DNA of 64,000 nt, from NCBI GenBank assembly GCA_943787795.1, contig CALSNU010000001.1:608001-672000 (forward strand), given 5' to 3'. Positions 28,112 through 38,374 of this stretch are shown piece by piece. Origin of the DNA: an uncultured bacterium. Its GTDB lineage: Bacteria; Planctomycetota; UBA1135; GCA-002686595. The first letter of the stretch is position 1, and every line of letters starts with the position of its first letter. A program made the position numbers and the translations under genes. Under the pieces are notes generated by a model. That model saw nothing but the letters and a program-made list of their open reading frames with translations. It had not been told where the DNA came from and did not search any database.

Positions 28112-28615
28112 TCAGCCCAGGCGCGCCGCGAAGGCCTCATGGAGCGCCTCGGGCATGACGCGCGGCCTCTTGGTGGAGAGATCGACGCACGCGAGCTCGA
28201 CGGTGGAGGACAGGAGGTGAGCGCGGGAGCCGTCCCGTTCGTTCCGGTGGATCTCGTAGCTGAAGGTGACCGAGGCAGAGCGCAGGGCAGAGACCCAGCA
28301 GCGGACCTGGAGGCGGTCCTCGTAGAACGCGGGGGCGCGGTACTTCAGCGCGATATTCCTCACGGGGAGGCCGATGCCGGCTCGCTCGACCTCTCCGTAC
28401 GGCGTGCCGTGAGCCCGCATGAGCCCGGTCCGCGCCTCCTCGAGATAGACGAGGTAGCTGCTGTGGTGCGCGACGCCCATCTGGTCGGTCTCGCTGTACC
28501 GGACCTCGACCTCGAGGACGAAGGCGGGCTCAACGCCCCCCGCCTGCTCGTGGAGATGCGAGGCAGGATCGGAGGGAACCGGATCCGGTGAGGCGCCGAG
28601 GGGAGACGGGGGCAT
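28112..28615 (-). CDS. acyl-CoA thioesterase, YbgC/FadM family
   Basis: VRYSETDQMGVAHHSSYLVYLEEAR; start uncertain. Confidence 0.88.
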   Translation of the reverse strand: MPPSPLGASPDPVPSDPASHLHEQAGGVEPAFVLEVEVRYSETDQMGVAHHSSYLVYLEEARTGLMRAHGTPYGEVERAGIGLPVRNIALKYRAPAFYEDRLQVRCWVSALRSASVTFSYEIHRNERDGSRAHLLSSTVELACVDLSTKRPRVMPEALHEAFAARLG

Positions 28616-28731
28616 GGGTCCAGCGTGACCCACAATCCGCCGAGCCACAACGTCCGAACGGCAGCGTAGCGCTGTTACGCCCAAAAAAAGACGAACCGGC
28701 CCGTCGCCTCCGGTTAGAACTCGCCGAGCCC

Positions 28732-29577
28732 ATGCCGAGCTCGGATCCCAGCAATCGAACCTCCGTGAACCCCAACGTCGCGGCCCTCCTGACCTGGCTG
28801 GTGCCGGGTGCGGGGCACTTCCTGCTGGGGCATATACGCTTCGCTGTGGCGGCGTTTGTGGTCGTTCAGGGGCTCTACGTTGCGGGCCTCGCTCTGACAG
28901 GAGGCGCCTTCCTGGACCTCCTCGCGCCGGAGATCCGGGGGCCCTTCGCCGGGGCCCTCACCCCTGAGGCCGGGAACGTCGGGGCCTTCTTCCTCCACGT
29001 GCGGCAGATTGACTTCAGCGACCTCGCCCCCGCTCCCTTTGGCCCAAGCCTCTATCTGGGGCTCGCGCTCACCTCGACCTCGGGGATCCTGAACCTGATC
29101 CTCGCGTCCAGGGCGCACTTCGATGCCCGCGCTCAGGCGGGTTCGGTGATCGAGGGGGCGGCGATTCACCCTGCGACGGCGGTCCTCTTCGGGTGGCTGA
29201 TCCCTGGCGCAGGCCACGTGTCTCAGGGGCGCATCGCGCGCGGACTGTTCAGCTTCCTCCTCATCACCGGGATGTTCGTGCTCGGGTGCCTGCTGGCAGA
29301 GGGGACCAACCTGGACCGGACCCGACACTTCTACTACTGGGCAGGCCAGACGCTGCTGGGCCCGACGGCCTTTGTGGCTGAGTTCTTCTCCGGGCACCCG
29401 GTCATGGAGATGCGGCCGCGGTACTCCGATGCTGGAGTCATGCTCGCCTCGGTCGCGGGTGTGCTCAACGTCCTGCTCCTGCTTGACGTCTACGGCTTCA
29501 GCGATTCAAAGCTCTTCGGACGCCCCCTCGCTACCGAGGTGAAGACCTCGCGGGGGGGGAAGCCGAAGGCCTCCTGA
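28732..29577 (+). CDS. membrane protein with two DUF6677-like repeats
   Basis: WLVPGAGH...SGILNL and WLIPGAGH...AGVLNV internal duplication. Confidence 0.7.
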   Translation: MPSSDPSNRTSVNPNVAALLTWLVPGAGHFLLGHIRFAVAAFVVVQGLYVAGLALTGGAFLDLLAPEIRGPFAGALTPEAGNVGAFFLHVRQIDFSDLAPAPFGPSLYLGLALTSTSGILNLILASRAHFDARAQAGSVIEGAAIHPATAVLFGWLIPGAGHVSQGRIARGLFSFLLITGMFVLGCLLAEGTNLDRTRHFYYWAGQTLLGPTAFVAEFFSGHPVMEMRPRYSDAGVMLASVAGVLNVLLLLDVYGFSDSKLFGRPLATEVKTSRGGKPKAS

Positions 29578-29580
29578 ACC

Positions 29581-29781
29581 ATGGATGACCTCGGAATTCA
29601 CCTCGCGCTCTTCATGCTCTCGGCGGGCGTGATCGTCTCTGTGACCTGCATGTACACGGAGGCAGACGACGGGAAGGCCCTCCGCCTCTTCCCCCGTCGC
29701 TACGCGACCTTTGTGCTGGCCTCAGCGGCGATCGTGGTTGTGATGATCGTCATCCAGCAGACCCTGGCGTCGGTCCACTGA
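29581..29781 (+). CDS. small two-TM membrane protein
   Basis: two hydrophobic helices; starts 3 nt after the upstream stop. Confidence 0.7.
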   Translation: MDDLGIHLALFMLSAGVIVSVTCMYTEADDGKALRLFPRRYATFVLASAAIVVVMIVIQQTLASVH

Positions 29782-29908
29782 GACGGCGCGGGCAGCGCCG
29801 CTCAACCCGCGCGAACCCTCAGCGGGGGCAAGCCCTCAGCAGGCTCGATCTCTCCGCTCGTGCAGCCCCAAGACGGGCGGCGCTGTCCTTCGTGAGGAGG
29901 AGGGCTGG

Positions 29909-30967
29909 TCAACCGGAGGTGAGCCCGTGGAGTCCGCCGGCGCCACGCCGCACGATCCCGTCCAATTCCAATCCCGTGAGCGCCGCGAGGGTGACGTGGA
30001 GATCCAGGCCTGCTCTCTCGGCGACCTCGGCGGGGGTCAGGGTCTCCCCCTGAAGAGCCCGAAGGATCGCTAGCTGGAGCGGATCCTCTGCTCGAGGACC
30101 CTGGAGCCGCGTGGCCTGAAGTTCGGTATCCCGAGGTCGTGCATCTTCGGATCGGAAGTCGTCATCCCCGCGTGGCAGCCTCGGGGCTCTGGGCCCTTCG
30201 GTGAGGGCGTTGGCCCCCTCCGTCTGCGGCGCTCCTTCCGGTCTCGGGCGATCGTGGGGGAGCTTGAGTCCTCGGTGAGTGAGGACGCCGAAGGGGTCGA
30301 GGTCCCCGTAGACGTCCTCGAGCAGCATGCCCGGAGAGTCGACGGGGGTGGCCCCCTCGCGGATCAGGCGAGTGATCCCTCGGGACATGGGGTGGTCGAC
30401 TCGTCCCGGTATGGCGAGCACGTGCTGGCCCTGATCCGCGGCCCACCGTGCGGTGATCAGGGACCCTGACCTGTGGGCCGCTTCGACCACGAGCACCGCG
30501 TCGGCGAGGGCGGCCAGGATCCGGTTCCGGAGCGGGAAGTGGTGCCGGCGGGGCGGGGTGCCCGGTGGGTGCTCTGATACGAGGAGCCCATCTCGGGCGA
30601 CCCGTTCAGCGGTGGGGCCAGCGGGCCAGGGGCGATCCACTCCACAGCCGAGCACCGCCAGCGTGGCGCCACCCGATTCCAGGGCGGCGAGGTGGGCGGC
30701 TTCATCCACTCCTCGAGCGAGGCCGCTGACCACGCAGACGCCGGCTCGCGCCAGCTCACGGCCAAAGCGCGTCGCCTGGGCGAGGCCGTAGGGGGTCGGT
30801 GCGCGGCTGCCGACGATGGCGATGCGTGGGGCGGAAGAGATGAGCGACTTACGGCCGCGCAGCCAGAGCGCTTCGGGCGGAGCTGCGACGGCCTGCATCC
30901 GCTCCGGCCAGAGGGCGGCGCCCTCCCTCAAGCACATGATCCCCGAGTCCTGTTCCTCATCATTCAC
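29909..30967 (-). CDS. dprA: DNA-processing protein DprA
   Basis: AIVGSR, VSGLARGVD, FPLRNRI, SGSLITA, C-terminal winged helix. Confidence 0.93.
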   Translation of the reverse strand: MNDEEQDSGIMCLREGAALWPERMQAVAAPPEALWLRGRKSLISSAPRIAIVGSRAPTPYGLAQATRFGRELARAGVCVVSGLARGVDEAAHLAALESGGATLAVLGCGVDRPWPAGPTAERVARDGLLVSEHPPGTPPRRHHFPLRNRILAALADAVLVVEAAHRSGSLITARWAADQGQHVLAIPGRVDHPMSRGITRLIREGATPVDSPGMLLEDVYGDLDPFGVLTHRGLKLPHDRPRPEGAPQTEGANALTEGPRAPRLPRGDDDFRSEDARPRDTELQATRLQGPRAEDPLQLAILRALQGETLTPAEVAERAGLDLHVTLAALTGLELDGIVRRGAGGLHGLTSG

Positions 30968-31003
30968 ATGATGGGGACGGCGAGCGCCTCGAGGGGTGGC
31001 AGG

Positions 31004-31939
31004 TCAGCCTCGATCGCTGCGCTTCTTTCGTCGCTCGTAGGTGCGGTCCTCGCCCCAGAACCGCGCCCACTGCACGGCGAAGTCGCCGGAGAGCTTCGGG
31101 GGCTGCCCGGGAACCTCGAAGCTCCGCCGGTTGGCCTCCCACCACTGGAGCCACCGATCCGGGTTCTTCCCGGCGTCCGTACCGGTGAGGTAGATCAGGG
31201 CCGGGCGGATGTTCGCGAGGCGGCCTCGGAGGCGCTTGGCGTCGGTCTTCTTCATCTCGCCAAAAATCGCCTTGGCGGCGGCGGTGGAGCGGGCGTTGGC
31301 GACCGCGAAGACCCTGGCCCGGCGGATCATGGAGTTCTCCTCCTCAAAGGCGCCCTTGATCAGGAGCGGGATGACCTCGGAAGACCGGTGTCGACCCATG
31401 GCGCGGATCACCTCCTCCTGCAGGCCGGGGTTCTTTGCGAGCGCCTTCCTGCGTCGCGTCGCAAAGCGGCGCAGCGCGTCGAGGGCCTGCTCCTCGGTCA
31501 TCTGGCCAAGGAGCTCGGCGGCGATCATCGCGAGGTCGTTGGACTTGCCTTCAAGCACCTTCCCGAACACCTTGATGACCTCGGGGTAGGGCGTCTTCGC
31601 AGCGTCGACGAGGGCGGCTTGCCGCTCGTTGGCTTCCTCGGACCGGAGCCCGTCGGTGAGCTTCTTCACTGCCGCCTTCTCCCTGGCGGCCCGTTGCTTG
31701 GCTGTCTCCTTCTCGTCCGCTGCTGGCTCCTGGGTCGAGAGGAGTGGCGATCCCCCTGCGCCCGCCTGCGATCCCCCTGCGCCCGCCTGTGGTATCAGGG
31801 CGTTCAGCGGCGCAGCTTCGAGGTGCACGGCGTTGAGATCGACCGCCTCGGGGGATGCCGCCTTGGAGGGCGCCGCCGCGGACCGCGGACTCAAGGTCAC
31901 GCCAGCGGAGAGGACCGTGATGAGGAGAGCGAGGCGCAT
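31004..31939 (-). CDS. exported HEAT-repeat-like helical protein
   Basis: signal peptide, helical repeats, LTG.D.G...W..WW tail. Confidence 0.7.
   Translation of the reverse strand: MRLALLITVLSAGVTLSPRSAAAPSKAASPEAVDLNAVHLEAAPLNALIPQAGAGGSQAGAGGSPLLSTQEPAADEKETAKQRAAREKAAVKKLTDGLRSEEANERQAALVDAAKTPYPEVIKVFGKVLEGKSNDLAMIAAELLGQMTEEQALDALRRFATRRRKALAKNPGLQEEVIRAMGRHRSSEVIPLLIKGAFEEENSMIRRARVFAVANARSTAAAKAIFGEMKKTDAKRLRGRLANIRPALIYLTGTDAGKNPDRWLQWWEANRRSFEVPGQPPKLSGDFAVQWARFWGEDRTYERRKKRSDRG
31747..31788. repeat. exact 2 x 21-bp in-frame tandem duplication (QAGAGGS x2)
   Basis: gcgatccccctgcgcccgcct repeated twice. Confidence 0.9.
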
Positions 31940-31942
31940 GGG

Positions 31943-32578
31943 TCAGGGGAGGGGAGAGGTCGGTGGCTGGTTCCAGGAGCGGACGCTCCAGAGCCCGGAG
32001 CGGTCGCACTCCATCCTACCCACATGACCCGTCTTGACCTTGAAGGTGCCCTTCTCGATGGCCTCCTCGAGGGCGCCGGGTACGAGGCCGAGGAACCATC
32101 GCAGGAGCCCGTTGCTGCTGCAGACGAGCACGCGGCTCCCGTGCCTGCCCGAGGCCACCTCCGCGGCGAAGCGGCCCACGCGGGCTCGGACCTCCTCGAG
32201 GGACTCCGGCCAGCCAGCGGACTCGGGCCATTCGCTGCGTTCATTCCAGGCGCGGACCGCAGCATCTCCATGCTCGGCGACGATCTCGTCGGTGGTCCGG
32301 CCGCCCCAGCGGCCGTAGTCCACCTCGTTCAGCGCTGCGTGAACCCCGGGGGCCGGGGCGCCCGCTGTGGCGAGGTGGAGGTGCTCCACCTGCCGCTTCA
32401 GGCCGCCGGAGAGAGCGGCGGAGGGGCACCACTTCGCGCTCGCCAGGGTCTTCGCCAGCGCCCGCGCCTGGGCGCGACCGGACTCCACCAGCGGGAGGTC
32501 CTCGCCGCTACCCACCCAGATGATCCGGTCTCCCGGCGCGAAGGTGTTGCCGTGCCGAACCAGCAGGAGCTCGGTCAT
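31943..32578 (-). CDS. histidine phosphatase family protein
   Basis: LVRHGNT, LKRQ, LNEVDYG.W.G; ATGA overlap with kdsB. Confidence 0.85.
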   Translation of the reverse strand: MTELLLVRHGNTFAPGDRIIWVGSGEDLPLVESGRAQARALAKTLASAKWCPSAALSGGLKRQVEHLHLATAGAPAPGVHAALNEVDYGRWGGRTTDEIVAEHGDAAVRAWNERSEWPESAGWPESLEEVRARVGRFAAEVASGRHGSRVLVCSSNGLLRWFLGLVPGALEEAIEKGTFKVKTGHVGRMECDRSGLWSVRSWNQPPTSPLP

Positions 32579-33375
32579 CGGGTCCGCCCCTGTTCGTCGA
32601 TCAACTCGCCGTCCTCCGCGAGGAGCTGCTCCACGCGTTGGAGATCCTCCGGGCTGTCGATCGCGAGGTGTCGGCGGCCCCGGTAGTCGACCTCGACGAC
32701 CCGGATCCCCATGCCGTTCTCGAGGGCCCGAAGCTGCTCCAGGCCCTCGGTCAATTCGAGCGGGCTCGGCCCCATGGCGATGAACCGCTCGAGGGCTTCG
32801 CGGCGGTAGCCGTATAGACCAATGTGCCGGAAGGTAGGGGCTCCGCCAGCGGCATCGCGGACGAAGGGGATCATCGCCTTGGAGAAGTAGAGGGCGTTGC
32901 CCTCGCGGTCGAACGTGACCGTGGTGCCGCCGACCTCGCCGGCCGCCTTGGCCTCTCGCAGCAGCTGTAGTGACCCCTCGTCAAGGCGGGCGGCTGGGGT
33001 CACGATCGGTGCGTCGGGCGTGCGCTCCATCTCACGAACCACCGCCTCGATCACCCAGGGCGGCGTCAGCACCGCGTCGCCCTGCAGATTGATGAGGGCG
33101 TCCGGCGGCTCGTCGAGACCGAGCGCGGCCGCGTGGACCCGCTCCGTGCCATTTCGACACCCCTCGGGCGTCATGACCGCCTCGCCGCCGAAGCCCAGGA
33201 CGTGGTCCCGAATGCGCTCGTCGTCCGTGGCGACGACCACGCGGTCCACGCCTTTCGCCGCCGCCGCGATCTCGTGGACCCGCCGGATGAGCGTGCGACC
33301 CGCGACGTCAGCCAGGGGCTTGCCGGGGAAGCGCGTCGACCCGTATCGCGCCGGGATCACAACGGCGGTCTTCAT
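32575..33375 (-). CDS. kdsB: 3-deoxy-manno-octulosonate cytidylyltransferase
   Basis: [40 protein letters not shown]; start at ATG 33375. Confidence 0.95.
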   Translation of the reverse strand: MKTAVVIPARYGSTRFPGKPLADVAGRTLIRRVHEIAAAAKGVDRVVVATDDERIRDHVLGFGGEAVMTPEGCRNGTERVHAAALGLDEPPDALINLQGDAVLTPPWVIEAVVREMERTPDAPIVTPAARLDEGSLQLLREAKAAGEVGGTTVTFDREGNALYFSKAMIPFVRDAAGGAPTFRHIGLYGYRREALERFIAMGPSPLELTEGLEQLRALENGMGIRVVEVDYRGRRHLAIDSPEDLQRVEQLLAEDGELIDEQGRTR

Positions 33376-33866
33376 GCCGTCTTCCCGTGGCACTTCTTGT
33401 ACTTCTTGCCGCTCCCGCAAGAGCACGGGTCGTTCCGGCCGAGCTTGGCAGCGCCGTGCTGGAAGGGCTCTTTGGGGGGCGCGTGACCGTGGCCGTGGGG
33501 GTTGGTTCCGGTACGCACCGTCTGGAGGAACTCATCGATGGTCGACTCGAAGCTCGTCTTGAGCTCGAAGGCGTTGATCACGACCTCCGTGGCCTCCAGG
33601 TGCTCGATATAGGCGCGCAGGACGTCAGGGACCTGCGCTGCAAGCTCCTCTCCGCGCCGGAACCTGCCCGGCAGGAGGTGTCCAAGAGCTCCGTGCATGG
33701 CCTGGCCGTCCATCGTCTTCGGGGCGCTGCCCATGTCGTCGTAGCACACAGAGAGGAAGCGCTCGACGATGGTCCGGACCTCGCTGTCGGTGGCGCCGAG
33801 GGCGGCGGCCTGCGGAGAGTCCATGAAACTCGCCAGGGCGAGCGTGATCGGTTTGCTGGTGGCCAT
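33372..33866 (-). CDS. SEC-C motif protein
   Basis: C-terminal [19 protein letters not shown]. Confidence 0.85.
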   Translation of the reverse strand: MATSKPITLALASFMDSPQAAALGATDSEVRTIVERFLSVCYDDMGSAPKTMDGQAMHGALGHLLPGRFRRGEELAAQVPDVLRAYIEHLEATEVVINAFELKTSFESTIDEFLQTVRTGTNPHGHGHAPPKEPFQHGAAKLGRNDPCSCGSGKKYKKCHGKTA

Positions 33867-33955
33867 GGTGAGGAAGGTAGCACCGTGGGACCCCAGCGAG
33901 GGAACTGACGCTTCGCACTTGGGCTCAAGACCGGTTTCCGTGCATCGTCGAGGTC

Positions 33956-35230
33956 ATGGCAGCGGACCCCGTCCCCACCGGCAGCTTCGACGACCTCGAT
34001 CTCGGCCCAGCGCTTCGGCAGGGAGTCGCGGACGCCGGCTTCGTCGAGCTCCGCCCGATTCAAGCCGCCGCGCTGCCCGCGGCGCTCGAGGGCCGTGACG
34101 TCCTCGGCCTCGCGCGGACCGGGACGGGCAAGACCGCCGCCTTCGCGCTCCCGATCCTGCAGCGCCTCGAGGACCGGCCTGCAGAAGCCGGCCGGCCGAG
34201 GGCCCTCGTCCTGGCACCGACCCGCGAGCTGGCTCGGCAGATCGAAGGAGACCTCATCGACCTGGGGCGCCACCTCTCGGTGCGCATGGCCGCCGCCTAC
34301 GGTGGCGTGAAGATCGACCGGCAGCGGGATGCGCTCGAGGCGGGGTGCGATGTGCTCGTCGCCTGCGCGGGGCGGCTCCTCGACCTCGTTCGGGAGGGGA
34401 CCTGCGACCTCGGGGATGTCGAGGTGCTCGTCCTCGACGAGGCGGATCGGCTCCTCGACATGGGCTTCCTCCCGGATGTCCGGCGCATCCTCGAGCGTGT
34501 GCCCGATGAGCGCCAGACGATGTTCTTCTCGGCGACCATGCCGGAGGCGGTCCAGGCCCTGGCTCAGGGCGTGCTCAAGGAGCCCGAGATCATTGATCTC
34601 GGACACACGAGGCCCGCCGAGACCATCGAGCACTCGCTGCACCCCGTCCGGTCCACGGCGAGATCCAAGCTCCTGCGGACCATCGTGGAGTCGGACGAGG
34701 CGGGGAGCGCCATCATCTTCACGCGCACCAAGCAGCGGGCGAAGCAGGTCGCGAGGCAGCTGGAGAAGCGTGGGCACACCGTGTCCCTGCTCCATGGGGA
34801 CAAGAAGCAGGGCGCCCGGGACCGCGCGCTGCAGGGGTTCCGCGACGGGGAGGTCCGCTTCCTCGTGGCGACGGACCTCGCGGCGCGCGGCCTGGACGTC
34901 GAGGGGGTGGCGCGGGTCGTCAACTTCGACGTGCCGCTCGATCCAGACACCTACGTCCATCGGATCGGCCGCACGGGGCGGGCCGACCGATCCGGCGAGG
35001 CGGTCACGATCGCCTCGGTAGAGGAACTTGATCAGGTGCGGGCCATCGAGGCGCGCATCGGCGCCCGGATCCCGCGCAAGTTCCTCCCGACCTTCGCGCC
35101 GCTCGACCTCCACGAGCTGCTCGACGAGGCCGAGAGCCGCAGGCCCCAGCGTCGCGGGGGCGGCCCCCGGCGGCAGGCAACCTCTGGGCCACGGGGGGGC
35201 GGGCGTCGGGGCTCCCGCCGCCGGCGCTGA
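33956..35230 (+). CDS. DEAD-box RNA helicase (RhlE-like)
   Basis: Q motif, TGTGKT, PTRELA, DEAD, SAT, HRIGRTGR, basic tail. Confidence 0.95.
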   Translation: MAADPVPTGSFDDLDLGPALRQGVADAGFVELRPIQAAALPAALEGRDVLGLARTGTGKTAAFALPILQRLEDRPAEAGRPRALVLAPTRELARQIEGDLIDLGRHLSVRMAAAYGGVKIDRQRDALEAGCDVLVACAGRLLDLVREGTCDLGDVEVLVLDEADRLLDMGFLPDVRRILERVPDERQTMFFSATMPEAVQALAQGVLKEPEIIDLGHTRPAETIEHSLHPVRSTARSKLLRTIVESDEAGSAIIFTRTKQRAKQVARQLEKRGHTVSLLHGDKKQGARDRALQGFRDGEVRFLVATDLAARGLDVEGVARVVNFDVPLDPDTYVHRIGRTGRADRSGEAVTIASVEELDQVRAIEARIGARIPRKFLPTFAPLDLHELLDEAESRRPQRRGGGPRRQATSGPRGGGRRGSRRRR

Positions 35231-35231
35231 G

Positions 35232-36722
35232 GTGATACGGTCGACCCTACTCATCGTGCTCCAATCGCTCACAAGACCCCTGCGCGCTGCGCTCCTCACC
35301 TCGGCGCTCCTCGCCGTCCCAGCCTGCTCCGTGGGCGACGGGCCGCAGGCTGAGATCCCCTGGCCCCACGAACTCGCGGGCTATGACGACGCGCTCGTCG
35401 CCCACCTCGAGGCGGCCCGTGCCGATGTCCTCTCCCGACCGCGAGAGGCGGATGCCTGGGTGCACCTCGGGATGCTGTTCGAGGCGCACCTGATGCTTCA
35501 GCTCGCCGAGGCCTCCTATGCGGTGGCGGTGCAGCTGGATGACGGCGATCCTCGGACCTGGTACCGACTCGCGGTGATGCAGGGCAAGAACGGCAATGTC
35601 GAGGCGGCCCTTGGTTCGTACGAACGGCTCGAATCGCTGGAAGACTACGGTCCGGGCTGGCGGCGGAAGGGCTGGTTGCTGCTCGGCGCAGGGCAGCCCC
35701 GGGAAGCCTCGTACGCGTTTGAACGCGCCGAGGCTCTGAGCCCTGGGGACCCTGTGGCTCACCTCGGCCGCGTCGAGGTCCTCCTTGAGGTGGACAAGCC
35801 GGAGGAGGCGCTGGGAACCCTCGAGTTGATCGGTCCGATCCCTCCGGCGAGCCGAGCGCTCTTCCATCGTCTTCGCGGCCTGGCCCTCTCTCGTCTCTCC
35901 AGGTTCGAAGAGGCCGAACCAGAGCTCCTGAAGGGCCGGGGCGCCCGCACCTCGGGACCGGACCCCTGGATGAAGGAGGTGGCAGCGCTCAAGGTGGGGG
36001 CCTCGGCGATCCTCTTGCAGGCGAACCGGAAGATCGAGAGCGGCCAGCTCGAGGCTGCGCTGCAGCAGCTGCGGCTGCTCGAGGAGGGGGACCCAGACGA
36101 TCCGCGTATCTTCGTCCAAAAGGGGCGCGTGCTCGATCGGCTCGGTGACTGGTCAGGCTCCGCGGCGGCCCTCAGTCGAGCCTCCGAGCTGAGCCCCGAC
36201 GACCTGGGGTTGGCGTTGGCTATGGCTTCCGCCATGGTGAAGGCCGGCGAGGTGGACGGCGCGCTCGTCGCCGCGGAGCGCTTGATCGAGCTCGACCCAC
36301 AGTCGGCGGGCGCCCACGAGCTTCGGGCGGACCTGTACCTCGGTGAAGGCCGTGGGCAGGACGCCATGGCCGCGGTGGCTCACTCCCGGGAGCTGGGAGT
36401 CCAGACGGCATCGCTGGAGGTGACGGCGGGAAAGGCCGCGCTCGAGATGGGGGACGCCGCCAGGGCTCTACCAGCCTTCGAGGCGGCGATCTCATTGGAT
36501 CCGGCCAGCGCTGACGGGCTGGCGGGCAAGGCCCTCGCGGCCCTCGGGCTGGGTGAGGGCGCGGTCGCGACGGCCGCCGTGGAGGGGCTGCGGCGCGTGG
36601 ATCCGGATCACCCACTGCTCGGGACCCTCGAGGAGGCGCTCCGAGAAGCGCGCGCGGGGACCTCCGGAGCGTCGCCGACGGACGACATGCTTGACGGCAA
36701 CCACACGGAGCCAGATCAATGA
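35232..36722 (+). CDS. TPR-repeat lipoprotein
   Basis: AVPAC lipobox-like motif, many TPRs; start uncertain (35232 or 35256). Confidence 0.8.
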   Translation: MIRSTLLIVLQSLTRPLRAALLTSALLAVPACSVGDGPQAEIPWPHELAGYDDALVAHLEAARADVLSRPREADAWVHLGMLFEAHLMLQLAEASYAVAVQLDDGDPRTWYRLAVMQGKNGNVEAALGSYERLESLEDYGPGWRRKGWLLLGAGQPREASYAFERAEALSPGDPVAHLGRVEVLLEVDKPEEALGTLELIGPIPPASRALFHRLRGLALSRLSRFEEAEPELLKGRGARTSGPDPWMKEVAALKVGASAILLQANRKIESGQLEAALQQLRLLEEGDPDDPRIFVQKGRVLDRLGDWSGSAAALSRASELSPDDLGLALAMASAMVKAGEVDGALVAAERLIELDPQSAGAHELRADLYLGEGRGQDAMAAVAHSRELGVQTASLEVTAGKAALEMGDAARALPAFEAAISLDPASADGLAGKALAALGLGEGAVATAAVEGLRRVDPDHPLLGTLEEALREARAGTSGASPTDDMLDGNHTEPDQ

Positions 36723-38374
36723 GGCCTTGCCTGCTCCCGATCCTCTCGGTCGCTCTCGCGGCCTGTTCGGACGACGCCGCGCACCCGGCGGTGAGCCGAA
36801 CCGGTCCGGTGTGGTTCGTTGACGAAGGGCTGGAGCGCGGGGTCGACTTCACGCACCGCTCGGGGCACGAGGAGCGCTTTCTGTTTCCCGAGCTGATGGG
36901 GGGCGGCGTCGCCCTGTTCGACAAGGATGGGGACGGTGACCTGGACCTGTTCATGGTGCAGAGCGGATCGCTCGTAAGGCCGGAGGCATCGGACCACCGC
37001 CTCTACGAGAATGATGGGAGCGGGCGCTTCCTCGACGTGACGAGGGCGTCGGGGATCACGCCTGGCGGCTACGGCATGGGCGTGGCCGCCGCGGACTATG
37101 ACGCGGATGGGGACGTGGACCTCTACATCACCTGCGTGGGACCGAACCGGCTCCTGCAGAACGACGGAGGGGGCCGCTTCACCGACGTCACGCACGTGGC
37201 CGGCGTGGGCGACGGGTCCTGGGGGACAAGCGCGGCCTTCGTCGACTTCGATCGCGACGGCCACCTCGACCTCTTTATCACCAACTACGTGGACTGGAGT
37301 CTGGCAGGGGAGGAGGACTGCTTCGACCCTACGGGCCTGCCCGACTACTGCAGCCCGTTGGCCTACAGCGCTCCTTCTGTTGACACGCTCTATCGCGCGA
37401 ACGGCGACGGGACGTTCCAGGACGTGACCGCCGCCATGGGGCTGGAGGCCAGCCCGGGAAATGGGCTGGGCGTGGTGACCGGCGACTTTGACGGGGACGG
37501 GATGATGGACATCTTCGTCGCCAACGATCAGATGCCGGACAGCCTCTGGGTCCACGGTGAGGACGGCGGCCTCGTGGATCGCGGGGAGCGTCTCGGTTGT
37601 GCGCGAGACCCGCACGGGAACCCCCGCGCCGGGATGGGCGTGGACGCTGCTGACGTGGAGGGAGACGGCGACCTCGACCTCCTCGTCGTTCACATGGCGC
37701 GGGAGCAAGACGGCTTCTTTCGGAACCGTGGCGGCGGTTTCGTAGAGGAGACGCGGCAGTCAGGCATCGGGATGGGGACCTTTCGGCGCACGCGCTTCGG
37801 GGTGGGCTTCCACGACTTCAACAACGATGGCTGGCTCGACATCTACGTGGCCAACGGTCGGGTGAATCAGATGATGCCGCCGATCTCGGAAGACGACATC
37901 TACGCCGAGCCCAACAGCCTCCTCGCGGGAACACCCGAGGGCCGCTGGGAATCGGTCGCGCCAGCGGGGGGGACGAGCCCGGCCGTGGAGTTGACCAGCC
38001 GCGGGGCTGCCTTCGGGGACATCGACGGCGACGGGGGGATTGACGTGGTCGTGGGGAACCGCGACTCGCGGGTTCAGCTGCTCATGAATGTGGCGTGGCA
38101 GGGAGGCCAGTGGATCGCCCTGCGGCTGCTCGATGGCGGCCGTGACGCGCTCGGGGCCACGGCCTCTGTCGAGGTCGACGGCCGCCCACAGCGACGGAGC
38201 GTCAAGCCTGGGTACAGCTACTGCAGCTCGAGCGATGCGTCCGTTCACTTCGGGCTCGGCGATGAATCGGCGCCGCTCGAGGTCGAGGTGCGCTGGCCGG
38301 ACGGGGAACTCGAGACCTTCGGTCCCGTGGCCCCGGGTGGTCGGAGGACTCTGGTGCGCGGGCAGGGGCGCTGA
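36719..38374 (+). CDS. CRTAC1-family (FG-GAP repeats plus ASPIC/UnbV) lipoprotein
   Basis: LAAC lipobox, repeated D.D.DG..DL, HFGLG, VRWPDG. Confidence 0.92.
   Translation: MRPCLLPILSVALAACSDDAAHPAVSRTGPVWFVDEGLERGVDFTHRSGHEERFLFPELMGGGVALFDKDGDGDLDLFMVQSGSLVRPEASDHRLYENDGSGRFLDVTRASGITPGGYGMGVAAADYDADGDVDLYITCVGPNRLLQNDGGGRFTDVTHVAGVGDGSWGTSAAFVDFDRDGHLDLFITNYVDWSLAGEEDCFDPTGLPDYCSPLAYSAPSVDTLYRANGDGTFQDVTAAMGLEASPGNGLGVVTGDFDGDGMMDIFVANDQMPDSLWVHGEDGGLVDRGERLGCARDPHGNPRAGMGVDAADVEGDGDLDLLVVHMAREQDGFFRNRGGGFVEETRQSGIGMGTFRRTRFGVGFHDFNNDGWLDIYVANGRVNQMMPPISEDDIYAEPNSLLAGTPEGRWESVAPAGGTSPAVELTSRGAAFGDIDGDGGIDVVVGNRDSRVQLLMNVAWQGGQWIALRLLDGGRDALGATASVEVDGRPQRRSVKPGYSYCSSSDASVHFGLGDESAPLEVEVRWPDGELETFGPVAPGGRRTLVRGQGR

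Noticed and set aside
35232..38374. TPR plus CRTAC1 pair as a novel system
   Set aside because: A common, highly paralogous arrangement in planctomycete-like genomes; nothing distinctive here.
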